DNA from: Thermodesulfobacteriota bacterium | GTDB taxonomy: Bacteria; Desulfobacterota; Desulfarculia; JACQYL01 | Reading direction: 5' to 3' | Length of the DNA: 64,000 bases | NCBI GenBank assembly: GCA_963675595.2 | Contig: CAXXLZ010000002.1 | Span: forward strand, 4,576,001 to 4,640,000 | Shown here: one piece after another, positions 9,753-19,585 of the stretch | How the letters are laid out: every line of letters starts with the position of its first letter | Position numbering within the stretch: position 1 is the first letter of the stretch | Notes under the pieces: generated by a model | Database searches by the model: none | Told to the model about the DNA's origin: nothing | Seen by the model: the letters and a program-made list of their open reading frames with translations, nothing else | Translations under genes and position numbers: made by a program

Positions 9753-11291
9753 ATGTCCACGGAACTGGTGATCAACTCCAGACCTTATGAAACGCGCGTG
9801 GCCCTTGTGGAAAACGGCACGGTAACCGAGTACCACGTGGAGCGGAGCAGGGAACAGGACATCACCGGGAACATTTTCAAGGGCAGGGTGATCCGCGTGC
9901 TTCCCGGAATGCAGGCGGCTTTTGTGGACATCGGGCTGGAGAAGGCCGCTTTTCTGTACGTGACGGATGTCTACGACAATCTCCGGGAATTCGAGCTGAT
10001 GATGCTGGCTTCCCAAGACGAGACACCCGAGCAGGAAGAGGATATGGCCGACGAGGAGCACTCGGAGCGTCCCATTCTTCGGGAACCTCGTTTTCAAATC
10101 CAGGACTTGTTGCACGAGGGTCAAGAGGTCTTGGTGCAGGTAGCCAAAGAGCCCCTGGGCTCGAAAGGTGCCCGGGTGACCACACATATCTCGCTTCCGG
10201 GGCGAAACCTGGTGTTGATGCCCATGATGGACCATGTGGGCGTATCGCGACGGATCGAAGATGAGCAGGAACGAAAGCGACTGCGGGACATGATCGTGGC
10301 CATGCGGCCGGACGGCATGGGATTCATAGCGCGTACGGCGGCCGAAGGCGAGGAGGAGTCCAAGGTTGCGGCTGAAATGGATTTTCTTCTCAAGCTTTGG
10401 GACAGCACGCAGGATAAGAAGCAGACCGCAAAGACGCCGTCTCTGATTCACAAGGATTTGAGCATCACCCTCCGAGCCGTTCGCGACCTGTTCACCAAGG
10501 AAGTGGACAGCTTGGTCATCGATTCTCTCGAAGAATACGAAGCGGTACTCCAATTCATCCACACGTTCATGCCCAGCCTCACACATGCCGTGGAGCTGTA
10601 CACCGATTCGGAACCCATTTTCGACCGGTACGGCATCGAGATGGAAATTTCCCGGGCGCTCCAGAAGAAGGTCTGGCTCAAATCGGGTGGTTCCATCGTG
10701 ATCGAAATGACCGAAGCTCTGGTCAGCATTGATGTGAACACAGGGCGCTACGTGGGCAAGCGCAACCTTGAAGAAACGATCCTAAAGACCAATTTAGAAG
10801 CGGTGAAGGAGATCGCTTACCAGCTTCGTCTCAGAAATATCGGAGGACTGATCGTTATCGACTTCATCGATATGGAACGGGAGTCGGACCGGGAAAAGGT
10901 GTTCAACGCGCTGAAGGAGGCCTTGAAGAAAGACAAGAGCAAGACGCACGTGCTGCGCATGAGCGAGTTGGGTTTGATCGAAATGACCCGGAAGAGGACC
11001 AGGGACAACATCAACCGGTTTCTGTCGGAGCCCTGCTTCTACTGTGAGGGAGAGGGACATCTCAAGTCCAAGCGGTCCATCTGCTACGATATCTTCCGAA
11101 ATATCGAACGGGAGGCTCGGGAGATTCAAAGCAGCAGCCTATTCGTCAGGGTCCACCCCGAGATTTCCGACATGCTTCTGGACGAAGAAAACCAACACGT
11201 CGAATACCTGGAAAGAAGAATCAAAAAAAGCGTTGTCATCCGACCCTACGAAAGCCTGCACCTCGAGCAATTCCTCATTGGAACCTACTGA
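9753..11291 (+). CDS. rng: Ribonuclease G (Rne/Rng family)
   Basis: S1 domain PGMQAAFVDIG, IDVNTG, RLRNIGGLIVIDFIDM, Zn-link CFYCEG. Confidence 0.95.
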   Translation: MSTELVINSRPYETRVALVENGTVTEYHVERSREQDITGNIFKGRVIRVLPGMQAAFVDIGLEKAAFLYVTDVYDNLREFELMMLASQDETPEQEEDMADEEHSERPILREPRFQIQDLLHEGQEVLVQVAKEPLGSKGARVTTHISLPGRNLVLMPMMDHVGVSRRIEDEQERKRLRDMIVAMRPDGMGFIARTAAEGEEESKVAAEMDFLLKLWDSTQDKKQTAKTPSLIHKDLSITLRAVRDLFTKEVDSLVIDSLEEYEAVLQFIHTFMPSLTHAVELYTDSEPIFDRYGIEMEISRALQKKVWLKSGGSIVIEMTEALVSIDVNTGRYVGKRNLEETILKTNLEAVKEIAYQLRLRNIGGLIVIDFIDMERESDREKVFNALKEALKKDKSKTHVLRMSELGLIEMTRKRTRDNINRFLSEPCFYCEGEGHLKSKRSICYDIFRNIEREAREIQSSSLFVRVHPEISDMLLDEENQHVEYLERRIKKSVVIRPYESLHLEQFLIGTY

Positions 11292-11346
11292 AGTTACCTC
11301 CGGCATCGAACCAATCCGAATAGATTTCCATAGTTGGTGCATACGG

Positions 11347-11360
11347 TTGACTTGAATCAA
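11347..11360. promoter_or_regulatory. CRP/FNR-family (HcpR/FNR-like) binding box
   Basis: TTGAC-TTGA-ATCAA; with -10 TAAGGT at 11383-11388 its centre falls near -41.5. Confidence 0.6.
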
Positions 11361-11468
11361 GGACGAACGGCGTCCCGGTGATTAAGGTATGCTTGAGTGA
11401 GGATGGGGCTGTCGATCGCAGGCCCTAATGCGAAAAGAGTTTGCACAGGATCACCGGGAGCGGACTTC

Positions 11469-12287
11469 ATGGAATGGACTGCAGATGCGAGGGAGCTTCT
11501 TTCAAAGGTTCCGTTTTTCGTTCGAAAGCGCGTGAAAAAACGGGTCGAGGAGGAAGCCGGACGCGTGGGAGCGTCCGGAGTCACCGGCGAGCATGTACGG
11601 GCCTGCCAAAGGCGCTTTCTCGATAATATGGAGGATGAGGTCAAGGGATACCAGGTCGAGACTTGTTTCGGAGCCGGTGGGTGTCCCAACCGCGCGGTGG
11701 AGGATCCGGACCTGATTGGAGAGATCACGAGCGAATTGACTTCCCGCGGCTTGAGGGAGTTCCTCAAGGCGCGAGTGGGTGGACCGCTTAAAATGCACCA
11801 TGAATTCCGTGTCTGCGTTTCCGATTGTCCCAATGCTTGCTCCAGACCCCAAATTGTGGACTTCGGACTTATTGGGGCTTGTTTGCCCGAGGTTTCAGCC
11901 GAGGAAGCATGCACTCAATGCGGAGTCTGTGTGGATATCTGTCGTGAGAAGGCCGTCGAGCTTCATCGAGTGGATGGACGAGTGCGACCGGTGGTGGACT
12001 ACTCCCGTTGCCTGGCCTGCGGACAATGCATCCGTGATTGCCCGTCCGGGACGTTACGCAAGGGTGCCCAAGGTTATCGGGTACTGCTGGGCGGCAAACT
12101 GGGTCGTCATCCCCGACTGGGCAGGGAGCTGCCGGGTGTTTATTCAGGAAAGGAAGTCCTGGGGCTGCTGGGATCATGCTTGGATCACTACACGAAGCAT
12201 TGCGTCCGAGGTGAGCGATTCGGAGAAATCCTGCAACGGAAGAGCATCGAGGCCTTACCCGACGCGAAAGGCGAAACCGTTTGTTGA
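11469..12287 (+). CDS. Sulfite/nitrite-reductase-like 4Fe-4S protein (PCP_red domain + NIR/SIR domain + 2x[4Fe-4S] ferredoxin)
   Basis: WTADA..L.KVPFFVRKRV; CFGAGGC...CPNAC; CTQCGVC..C and CLACGQC...CP; GGKLGRHP. Confidence 0.82.
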   Translation: MEWTADARELLSKVPFFVRKRVKKRVEEEAGRVGASGVTGEHVRACQRRFLDNMEDEVKGYQVETCFGAGGCPNRAVEDPDLIGEITSELTSRGLREFLKARVGGPLKMHHEFRVCVSDCPNACSRPQIVDFGLIGACLPEVSAEEACTQCGVCVDICREKAVELHRVDGRVRPVVDYSRCLACGQCIRDCPSGTLRKGAQGYRVLLGGKLGRHPRLGRELPGVYSGKEVLGLLGSCLDHYTKHCVRGERFGEILQRKSIEALPDAKGETVC

Positions 12288-12369
12288 GCGCCCCTCCGAG
12301 GAGCGACGCTTGGGTGTGCGAAAATTCCCTTCAAACCTCCATTGCGTGCTCAGAAACGGATTTGGCCGC

Positions 12370-12993
12370 CTATTTTGAAGGAATACGCACGGAATCGTCG
12401 TTGTAGCTTCCTCTTTCCGCGCCCGCATGGCACGCGGGACAGTTTGACGGCGTACCAATGGAGGGACGCGCGAATACATCGGCGGATATCTTGCGGTGTT
12501 CTTGGCGAATCTTCGGCACCTCCGTCACCCTCAAAGGGGTCCCGGAGCCGAGGCTCTCCATAATCTCTCGGGCCGTTTCGCAGTCGGACCGATCAGCCGC
12601 GTTCGCCTTGAGATACGCGGCGATTTCTTCGGCTTGTGAAGGGCTCAGCTCTATTGCCTCTCCGAAGTGATCGCCCCGCGACTCGAGGATTCGTCCCCAA
12701 GAACCGGACGGAAGGAGAGCGGGCTGGTATGCGAAATGACATCCACCGCAGTTCTCCTTGTAGGCCGCATGGTCCACCGGAGGGACCGAATCTTCTTCTG
12801 TTTCTCCGCCGTGGTGTCTCTTTCGATTTTTTCCTCCCCCGTGCCCTCGTCTTTCCCCATCGTCGTGCTCTGAGTCTCGACTCCATCCGTGACCCCACCC
12901 ATGGCCGTTTTCACGGGCAACCACCACGCCGACGGCAAGCCCCAGGCATACAAGGAATACCACGCACAAGAAGATCGCTTTGATGTATCTCAT
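12370..12993 (-). CDS. Diheme cytochrome c (DHC family)
   Basis: Signal/TM segment; CGGCHFAYQPALLP..SW; DHFGE; NCPACH. Confidence 0.9.
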   Translation of the reverse strand: MRYIKAIFLCVVFLVCLGLAVGVVVARENGHGWGHGWSRDSEHDDGERRGHGGGKNRKRHHGGETEEDSVPPVDHAAYKENCGGCHFAYQPALLPSGSWGRILESRGDHFGEAIELSPSQAEEIAAYLKANAADRSDCETAREIMESLGSGTPLRVTEVPKIRQEHRKISADVFARPSIGTPSNCPACHAGAERGSYNDDSVRIPSK

Positions 12994-13169
12994 CCCAACT
13001 CCTGCGAATATGATTATCTGTGCAACCTGTTTAGATCAGAGCGAAGTCCGAGTCAAGGAGCCCGAGGTTTCCTCCTTCCCCTGTGACCTCTTTCGTCTTG
13101 AACGGTATAGAGCATATCGGACGGCATATTCGACTCACGTTTTTCATGATCGCAACAGGGGAGGGGCCC

Positions 13170-14684
13170 ATGGCCTTTTTCAGGGAGTTGGTATGGACCA
13201 TGATGATTCTCTGCGTCGGAGTGTGCGCGGCACCTCGGACAATGAACGGCGGAGACGCTTGGGCGGCATCCTGCGGTCGGCTCTCCTTCTCCAAAATCAC
13301 CTTGGGCTATATGGAGACCGTGGACAAGGTTTATGTGGAAGCGCAGCCTCTTTGCCAATGGACCGCCGAGAGTCATGACGACTGGATCCATATTCTGGAG
13401 GGGAGCCAAGGGACCGGAAGAGGCGAGGTGGTTTTTCGGGCGGATTTCCACGGCACCGAAGGAGAGCGCACCGGGACCATGACCATTGCCGGGGAGACGT
13501 TTACCGTTCTCCAATACGACATGTGCGGAGGAACCCTCGAACCGGAAGGCGTCAGAGTGAGCGGGAACGGAGGCGAGGGTACGGTCCGAGTGATCCCGTG
13601 GCACGACGACTGCACCTGGTCCCGATCAAGCAACGACGACTGGATCTGGATCATGAACAACCCGAGTTTCTACGGAGTGCAGGATATGGAATACCAGGTC
13701 CTGTGCAATCTCGATCCTGAACCTCGGACCGGCAGCCTGACTCTGGCAGGTCAAACCTTCACGGTGGAACAGGAAGGGAGTCCTTGGATTCCCCAGGACA
13801 CCGGAACGGAGGTCTACCTCCACTCCGTGTGGGGATCGTCGGCCGACGACGTGTTCGCCGTGGGCACCTCCGGCACCATCGTACATTTCGACGGCGGCGG
13901 GTGGTCCTCCATGAGCTCGGGAACGACTCGAGATCTTTACGACATCTGGGGTTCTTCGGGCGACGATGTCTACGCAGTGGGGGGAGAGGAGGCCATCCTG
14001 CATTATGACGGAAAACAGTGGTCCCCCAATGCCGTTGGCTGCGGGGCTTCGTATCTTTACTTCGGAGTGTGGGGAAGCTCGGAAAACGATGTGTTCATCG
14101 TCGGAGGATCGCTCGATGGATCCGTCATACTCCATTACGATGGGACCACCTGGGACGTGTTCAAAGGTCTCTCCGCCTATCCGTTGATGGAGATATGGGG
14201 ATCGGCGCCCGACGATGTGTATACCATCGCGAACTATGGAGCGGTCTTTCACTATGACGGAATTCAATGGTCCCAAATCCACACGGATTTGGGACCGTGG
14301 CTTTATCATATATGGGGTGTGGCGGGCGGCGGCGTGTATTTTACGGGGAGTGATGGAGCGATCATCAGGTATGACGGACAGGAATGGGTTTTCATGGAGA
14401 GCGGAACCACTTATTGGCTGGGCGAGATTTGGGGAAGTTCGGAAAAAGATATGTACGTGGTGGCCGGCGGAGACCTTGTGTTGCATTACGACGGTCATGA
14501 GTGGACGACCATCCGCCATGACCTTTCGGGGTACGGCACAGGGCTCAGCGGAGTGTGGGGAGATGGAAAAGGGGTGGTGTATGCATGCGGGGATGCGGGC
14601 ACGGTTTACCGGGCTGAAATGGGCGTACCCCGACACAACGGGAACGCTTTGATGCATCCCCTGAGTCTTCTGTTGGAGGACTGA
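13170..14684 (+). CDS. Secreted protein with two BACON-like domains and a 7-bladed beta-propeller
   Basis: SD before ATG 13170; two W...DWI...RTG..T.AG.TFTV.Q repeats; seven (V/I)WG..DV..VG..G.I.HYDG..W repeats. Confidence 0.78.
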   Translation: MAFFRELVWTMMILCVGVCAAPRTMNGGDAWAASCGRLSFSKITLGYMETVDKVYVEAQPLCQWTAESHDDWIHILEGSQGTGRGEVVFRADFHGTEGERTGTMTIAGETFTVLQYDMCGGTLEPEGVRVSGNGGEGTVRVIPWHDDCTWSRSSNDDWIWIMNNPSFYGVQDMEYQVLCNLDPEPRTGSLTLAGQTFTVEQEGSPWIPQDTGTEVYLHSVWGSSADDVFAVGTSGTIVHFDGGGWSSMSSGTTRDLYDIWGSSGDDVYAVGGEEAILHYDGKQWSPNAVGCGASYLYFGVWGSSENDVFIVGGSLDGSVILHYDGTTWDVFKGLSAYPLMEIWGSAPDDVYTIANYGAVFHYDGIQWSQIHTDLGPWLYHIWGVAGGGVYFTGSDGAIIRYDGQEWVFMESGTTYWLGEIWGSSEKDMYVVAGGDLVLHYDGHEWTTIRHDLSGYGTGLSGVWGDGKGVVYACGDAGTVYRAEMGVPRHNGNALMHPLSLLLED

Positions 14685-14797
14685 GGGTGGACTGGGGCGA
14701 TGTCCGCGGGTGGTCCGGCGCGCCTCGCTTCAACTCGGTCGGAATTCTCTTCGGCGAGCACTCCGACCGGAGACGGATGGACCCGTCGGTCGGGTTC

Positions 14798-14992
14798 CTA
14801 ATCAATAATCTCGATGGCTTCGTTGGGACACGCCCGGGCCGCCTCGCAACACTTTCCCCGCAGAGACTCGGGAATCTTCTCCATAATGACGGCGGCTTTC
14901 TTGCTGCCCTCCTGGAAACGGAACACTTCAGGACATATCTGAACGCATTTTCCCACGGTTCCACACTTGATTTGATCGACTTTCGCTTTCAT
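14798..14992 (-). CDS. Single-cluster ferredoxin (probably [3Fe-4S])
   Basis: VDQIKCGTVGKCVQICPEVF...ACPNEAI. Confidence 0.85.
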   Translation of the reverse strand: MKAKVDQIKCGTVGKCVQICPEVFRFQEGSKKAAVIMEKIPESLRGKCCEAARACPNEAIEIID

Positions 14993-15059
14993 ATCTCGCT
15001 TTCATTCAAAAAGTTGATAGAGCCGAAACCAAACGGAGCGTACCCGCGGACGGTGCGTG

Positions 15060-15596
15060 TCATTGGGGAGTTACGCCTCCGCCTCCGAACAAGACGAAAA
15101 GCAGGAACACGAGCAGTGCCTGGGCCGTCCATCCGATAAGGCAGACCCCGACGGCACGCAAGGTACTTGTGTAGTCCAAGGCCTGCCTCACGGCGATGAC
15201 CATGGCCACCAACATCCAGGCTCCGCCTACCAGAAAGACCAGACCCGTTAGGCCGGGGATGATGCCCAGGATACGGATTAAACCGGGTGCGCTGGAGAAC
15301 CCGATGGTACGCAGCAATTCACCGTGATCCGATCGGGTTTGAGGTTCGGCAAGCCATTTGGTGCCTACGTAATAGGTCAAAAACGCCCAGACATACCAAC
15401 CGACCAGGGCGAATGCCGTGCCCATGAGCATGCCGGCGATGCCTGCGGTCCGCAAGGTGGCTATGCCGGCCGCCAGACTGGAGAGAACCACCACCAGCAT
15501 GGCCTGTCCCATGGCATTCTTGTCCGCCTCCACCTCTTCGTACAAAGCCACGTCCAGTTTGGCGGCGCGAATGATGCGAATCTTGAAGTCCGTCAT
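15060..15596 (-). CDS. YIP1-family membrane protein
   Basis: LYEEVEAD..A..QA, LLRTIGF..APG, AVRQALDY; about 5 TM segments. Confidence 0.8.
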   Translation of the reverse strand: MTDFKIRIIRAAKLDVALYEEVEADKNAMGQAMLVVVLSSLAAGIATLRTAGIAGMLMGTAFALVGWYVWAFLTYYVGTKWLAEPQTRSDHGELLRTIGFSSAPGLIRILGIIPGLTGLVFLVGGAWMLVAMVIAVRQALDYTSTLRAVGVCLIGWTAQALLVFLLFVLFGGGGVTPQ

Positions 15597-15934
15597 CGAT
15601 CCTCCCGGTAGATCGTTTTGTGGATGGCCGTTCTATTATCGGCCTTCCATACCATGCACGAAACCCGACTTTTATTGAAGACTCCCACCTTGGGTCCCCG
15701 GCTCCTCGTAGTTGGAACGGATGCGTCCCTCATGCCGTCGTCCTTCACCGGCCTTGGATGCGCGGCCTTTTCAACGAGGAAACAACACCAAGAACAGCTC
15801 TCCGAATCCCGACAAGCGTAGCCCATGATCCGGCCGACTTTCAAGCAATTACCGTTTGTTACGGAAGGGATCGTTCTATGCAAGGTCGGAACGGCGGCAC
15901 AAAAAGTGGGCTCGTCCGACGGCTTCTTTGAAAA

Positions 15935-18703
15935 ATGCCGCGGCTTCTTATACACTTTGATGTGGAATTCATCCCGCGCCCCTTTTCAGGAATGGATACG
16001 TCCATGTGTGAAAACCTCTTCAATCGAATCAAGGCAGTCAAGCCCGATTGTTTCGGAGCCGGCCGGCGATTGTTCGGTTTCCTGGTAAGGGGATGGGTGT
16101 ACGGGTTGATCCTTCTGGCGGTGGTTTCGGTTTCGGCGGGATCGCCGTCGAGTGCCGGTGCCGTCAACGGCGGCAAACACGATTCGACCCTCAAAGTACT
16201 GCCCGGAGAGCACGGAAGCGATCAAGGAAAGTCTTCGACAAAGGATGGAAGCACAGAGGCCAAGCCTGTGCGTTCCTCTTCGGAGAGCGAAGACCGAAAG
16301 CATGACGCAAGGTCGTTCGAAGCGACTCTCTCGGGTCAAGGGTGGGTGGACTTCTCGGGGGGCGGCTTTTCCCTGAAGAGCCTGAACGTGGATTTCGGCA
16401 GGTTCGGGGGGCTTACCGGAAGGCTGTCCGTGGAAGCGGGGCAAGCGCCCCAAGGCAAAGTCGATGCCCGTTTGTCGAAACCCGGCGAGCTCGTGGAGCT
16501 GTTTTCCTTCCTCATTCCCGAAGGGCTGCGGGGATTCTGCATGGATGGAGACATCCGAATTCTCGCGGAATGGGCGGATGATCCACCTCGAATGTCCGCC
16601 GAATTGAACTGCGACGGAGCACGGATCTTCCGTTCCTCCGACGGACTTGATGTTCGGTTCACGGGGAACGTCCGATGGACCCGCGCGCTTTCCGAGGACG
16701 GGGAATTCGATTTCAGGGTGGATGGTCGAGGTGATTTTCAGTGGCGAGATATCCGTTTGGCGGGTACGCGGATTTCGGGCAACTGGCGCCGAGAAGGTGG
16801 TGAAACGCGGCTGGAGCGGATGCGTCTGCAGATCGAACCGGAGAGAGTAACGTTTAAGGGGAAGCCTTTTCCTTTGGAGCGCGTCGATCTGGACACCGAT
16901 TTTCAACGACTTGAAAATGGCGCCGTGCGGGTTCGGCGTCTGATTTTTTCCGAAAAACAGTTGGGCGAGATCCAAGGGGCCTTCGTCGTGCATCCCCGAA
17001 CCTTGGAGGAAAGTTCCGGCTCTCTTCGAGCCGAGAACCTCGCGCTGGGTCGTGTCCTTCGCTGGATCGCCGCGATCACGGGGTGGGAGCTTGGTGGGGT
17101 GGAGGTCTCCGGGCGAGGCGATTTGGCCGTTCGTCTCATGCCGGACCGGAATAGTCGGAAGCTTTCCGCATCCCTGCGTTGGAAGGACCTGGCTTTCTCG
17201 TCCGCGGACGGCAACCTGATGGCGGAGGGCGCTCAAGGTGAAATCAGCGCTTCCCTTGGCCCGGGTACGGACAGGCCCTTTGCGATCGAAGCGAAGTCGT
17301 ACCGGGGGCAACTCCTGGCCGGCACCGTCTTCCTGGATTTGGCGAATGCTCCTTTCAGCTTCCGAGGAGCGGGAAATCTGTCCGCTCAGAGCTCAATGGA
17401 GGATTTCTCCGCCGAACTGAGCTTTGAGAAGCTGATCCGACTGAACCTGAGTCGTGCATCGTGCGGGAGGACGCCCGAAGGACTCAGGTATTCCGGTGAC
17501 CTGAGCATCAAGAATCCCGACCTGCCGAAGCTCCTGGACCTGCTGGTGAAACAACCCATGGCAATCAGCCGGCCCGGCGTCTCCGAATTGGAGGTCGGCG
17601 GAGACCTGGAACTCGGCTGCCGTTTTCAAGGAACACCGGAAAGCCTCAGGATTGTTGGGCGGTTGGACCTCAGCAATCTGAACGCTTCTTATCCCGCTTC
17701 GGAATTCTCCGCCCGGAACCTTCAACTGGAACTTCCCTTTCATTATGTTTTCGGGGGCTCGCCTGACGAGCCTCCCGAACTTCCGCCCGAGCGTTGGGGT
17801 AGACTGGCGTGCGACGAATTGAGCGTGGGTTCCCAGATCCGCATGCCCCTCCGTCTGTCCGTCGCCATGGTCCCGAACCTATTTTTGGTGAAAGAGGATC
17901 TCGACCTGCCCGTGATGGGCGGCAAAGTCATTTTGTCCCACATGGTAGTGAAGGAACCTCTCTCAAAAGGCTATGAGGCTTCCATGGCCGCACGGATCGA
18001 AAGTCTCGATCTCGCCCGATTCGGATCGGCGTCTTTTCCCCTGGAAGGGACTCTCAACGGAGACTTTCCCGCAACGAGCCTGAGCGCCAAGAAATTGCAG
18101 GCATTGGGTCGCGTATCCGGCCGGGTATTCGGAGGCGAATTGACGGCACGGAATTTCGAAATTGCGCGTCCCCTTTCCCAAGGGCGGGTCCTGGGAGTTG
18201 AAGAGGCCCGACTACGACTCGCGGATCTGGAACGCATGACCCAAGCCTTGCAGGTCGGCAAGGTTTTGGGTCGAGTAGACGCCCAATTACAGGGATTTCA
18301 GATGGCCTATGGTCAACCGGCGGCTTTTCAACTGAAGGTCGAATCCGTGCCTGTGGACGATGTTCCTCGCAAGATCAGCTTGGAGGCGGTGAATTCCATA
18401 TCCGTGGTGGGAACCGGGAGCGGTATCGGCAACGCGGGAGTCAATATATTCGCTTCGTTTTTTGATGAGTTCCGGTATCAGTCCATCGGAATTTCCTGCA
18501 GTCTCAAGAACGACGTTTTTCGTGTCCGAGGACTTATCCATGACGGGGGCGTCGAATATCTGGTTAAACGGCCTCCGCTGTTCGGTATCAATGTGATTAA
18601 CCGAAATCCCGATAACCGGATATCGTTTTCTGATATGATGGAACGGATCCGACGTATTCGAAGCGATTCCAAGAAGAAAGGAGCGACCGATGAAAAGGAA
18701 TAA
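15935..18703 (+). CDS. YdbH/AsmA-like intermembrane bridge protein (true start probably slightly downstream)
   Basis: N-terminal TM segment, long Gly/hydrophobic beta-rich body, C-terminal FRYQSIGISCSLKND...INVINRNP; next to a YdbL-like gene. Confidence 0.65.
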   Translation: MPRLLIHFDVEFIPRPFSGMDTSMCENLFNRIKAVKPDCFGAGRRLFGFLVRGWVYGLILLAVVSVSAGSPSSAGAVNGGKHDSTLKVLPGEHGSDQGKSSTKDGSTEAKPVRSSSESEDRKHDARSFEATLSGQGWVDFSGGGFSLKSLNVDFGRFGGLTGRLSVEAGQAPQGKVDARLSKPGELVELFSFLIPEGLRGFCMDGDIRILAEWADDPPRMSAELNCDGARIFRSSDGLDVRFTGNVRWTRALSEDGEFDFRVDGRGDFQWRDIRLAGTRISGNWRREGGETRLERMRLQIEPERVTFKGKPFPLERVDLDTDFQRLENGAVRVRRLIFSEKQLGEIQGAFVVHPRTLEESSGSLRAENLALGRVLRWIAAITGWELGGVEVSGRGDLAVRLMPDRNSRKLSASLRWKDLAFSSADGNLMAEGAQGEISASLGPGTDRPFAIEAKSYRGQLLAGTVFLDLANAPFSFRGAGNLSAQSSMEDFSAELSFEKLIRLNLSRASCGRTPEGLRYSGDLSIKNPDLPKLLDLLVKQPMAISRPGVSELEVGGDLELGCRFQGTPESLRIVGRLDLSNLNASYPASEFSARNLQLELPFHYVFGGSPDEPPELPPERWGRLACDELSVGSQIRMPLRLSVAMVPNLFLVKEDLDLPVMGGKVILSHMVVKEPLSKGYEASMAARIESLDLARFGSASFPLEGTLNGDFPATSLSAKKLQALGRVSGRVFGGELTARNFEIARPLSQGRVLGVEEARLRLADLERMTQALQVGKVLGRVDAQLQGFQMAYGQPAAFQLKVESVPVDDVPRKISLEAVNSISVVGTGSGIGNAGVNIFASFFDEFRYQSIGISCSLKNDVFRVRGLIHDGGVEYLVKRPPLFGINVINRNPDNRISFSDMMERIRRIRSDSKKKGATDEKE

Positions 18704-19283
18704 ATGGCTGTTCATGGGACTGGCGGCCCTGCTCGCGGCCTGTGTTACGGTGAATATTTATTTCCCCGCGGCGGAGGTGGAACGCGCGGCGGACAAGATC
18801 GTGGACGATGTGTATGGAGTGAAGCCCACGGGAAACGGTGACGAAAAGGGAAAACCCGATGGACCTTCCCAAGGATCCTTGATACGGCTTCTGGCCGAGT
18901 TCCTGGAACCTGCGGACGCCCATGCTCAGGAGGCCGTTAGTGTAAGCAATGCGACGATTCGGGGGCTCAAGAATCAACTTGGGGAGAACCACAGGCAACT
19001 GAGGCCATTTTACGATCAGGGTAATGTGGGGATCGATCGGAACGGGTACCTTGTCCTTCGTGACACCCAAGGCCTGCCGCTTCAGCAGCTCGCCCTGCTC
19101 AAGCGTCTCGTGAACGAAGACAATAGTCTCAGGAAACAACTTTACAGGGAAGTCGCCAAGGCTTTGAACGTTGCTTCAGACCAAGTAGACCGTATCGAAG
19201 CGATCTTCGCCGGACACTGGAGGCAAAAAGCCTTATCCGGGTGGTGGGTCCAGCGGGACGACGGTTCCTGGGTCCGCAATTAA
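18690..19283 (+). CDS. YnbE/YdbL-like (DUF1318) lipoprotein
   Basis: Lipobox LAAC-VTVNIYFPA; LVNEDN..R..LY..VA; FA..W...A..GWWVQ..DG.W. Confidence 0.82.
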   Translation: MKRNKWLFMGLAALLAACVTVNIYFPAAEVERAADKIVDDVYGVKPTGNGDEKGKPDGPSQGSLIRLLAEFLEPADAHAQEAVSVSNATIRGLKNQLGENHRQLRPFYDQGNVGIDRNGYLVLRDTQGLPLQQLALLKRLVNEDNSLRKQLYREVAKALNVASDQVDRIEAIFAGHWRQKALSGWWVQRDDGSWVRN

Positions 19284-19585
19284 CACGGGGTTGCGTAAAT
19301 GGAATACCGGGGGTGCGGACGACCCAGCGTGCCCGGGATATTCCGGAAAACTCCTGCGCATGGTGGTAACGTCCGCGGGGGAGTGCCCGGGTTGGATCGA
19401 GAGGAGGCTCTGCGGGTGTTTGCGCGCCGTTGCCTTTTTCCCAAAGGTGACCAAGTTCCGCATATGCACATCGGTGCATATCCGCATCGGTCCACCAAAT
19501 CCGGGGGCGTTGGAATGCCCTCCGCCTTGCCGGGGAGCCTTCCAAGGACGGAGTGTTTACGGACTCAACCAAGCTTGATGGGACC

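Noticed and set aside
13800-14620. Periodic similarity of about 120 nt that could suggest a repeat array or CRISPR
   Set aside because: Degenerate in-frame protein repeats (propeller blades), with no identical direct repeats or spacers
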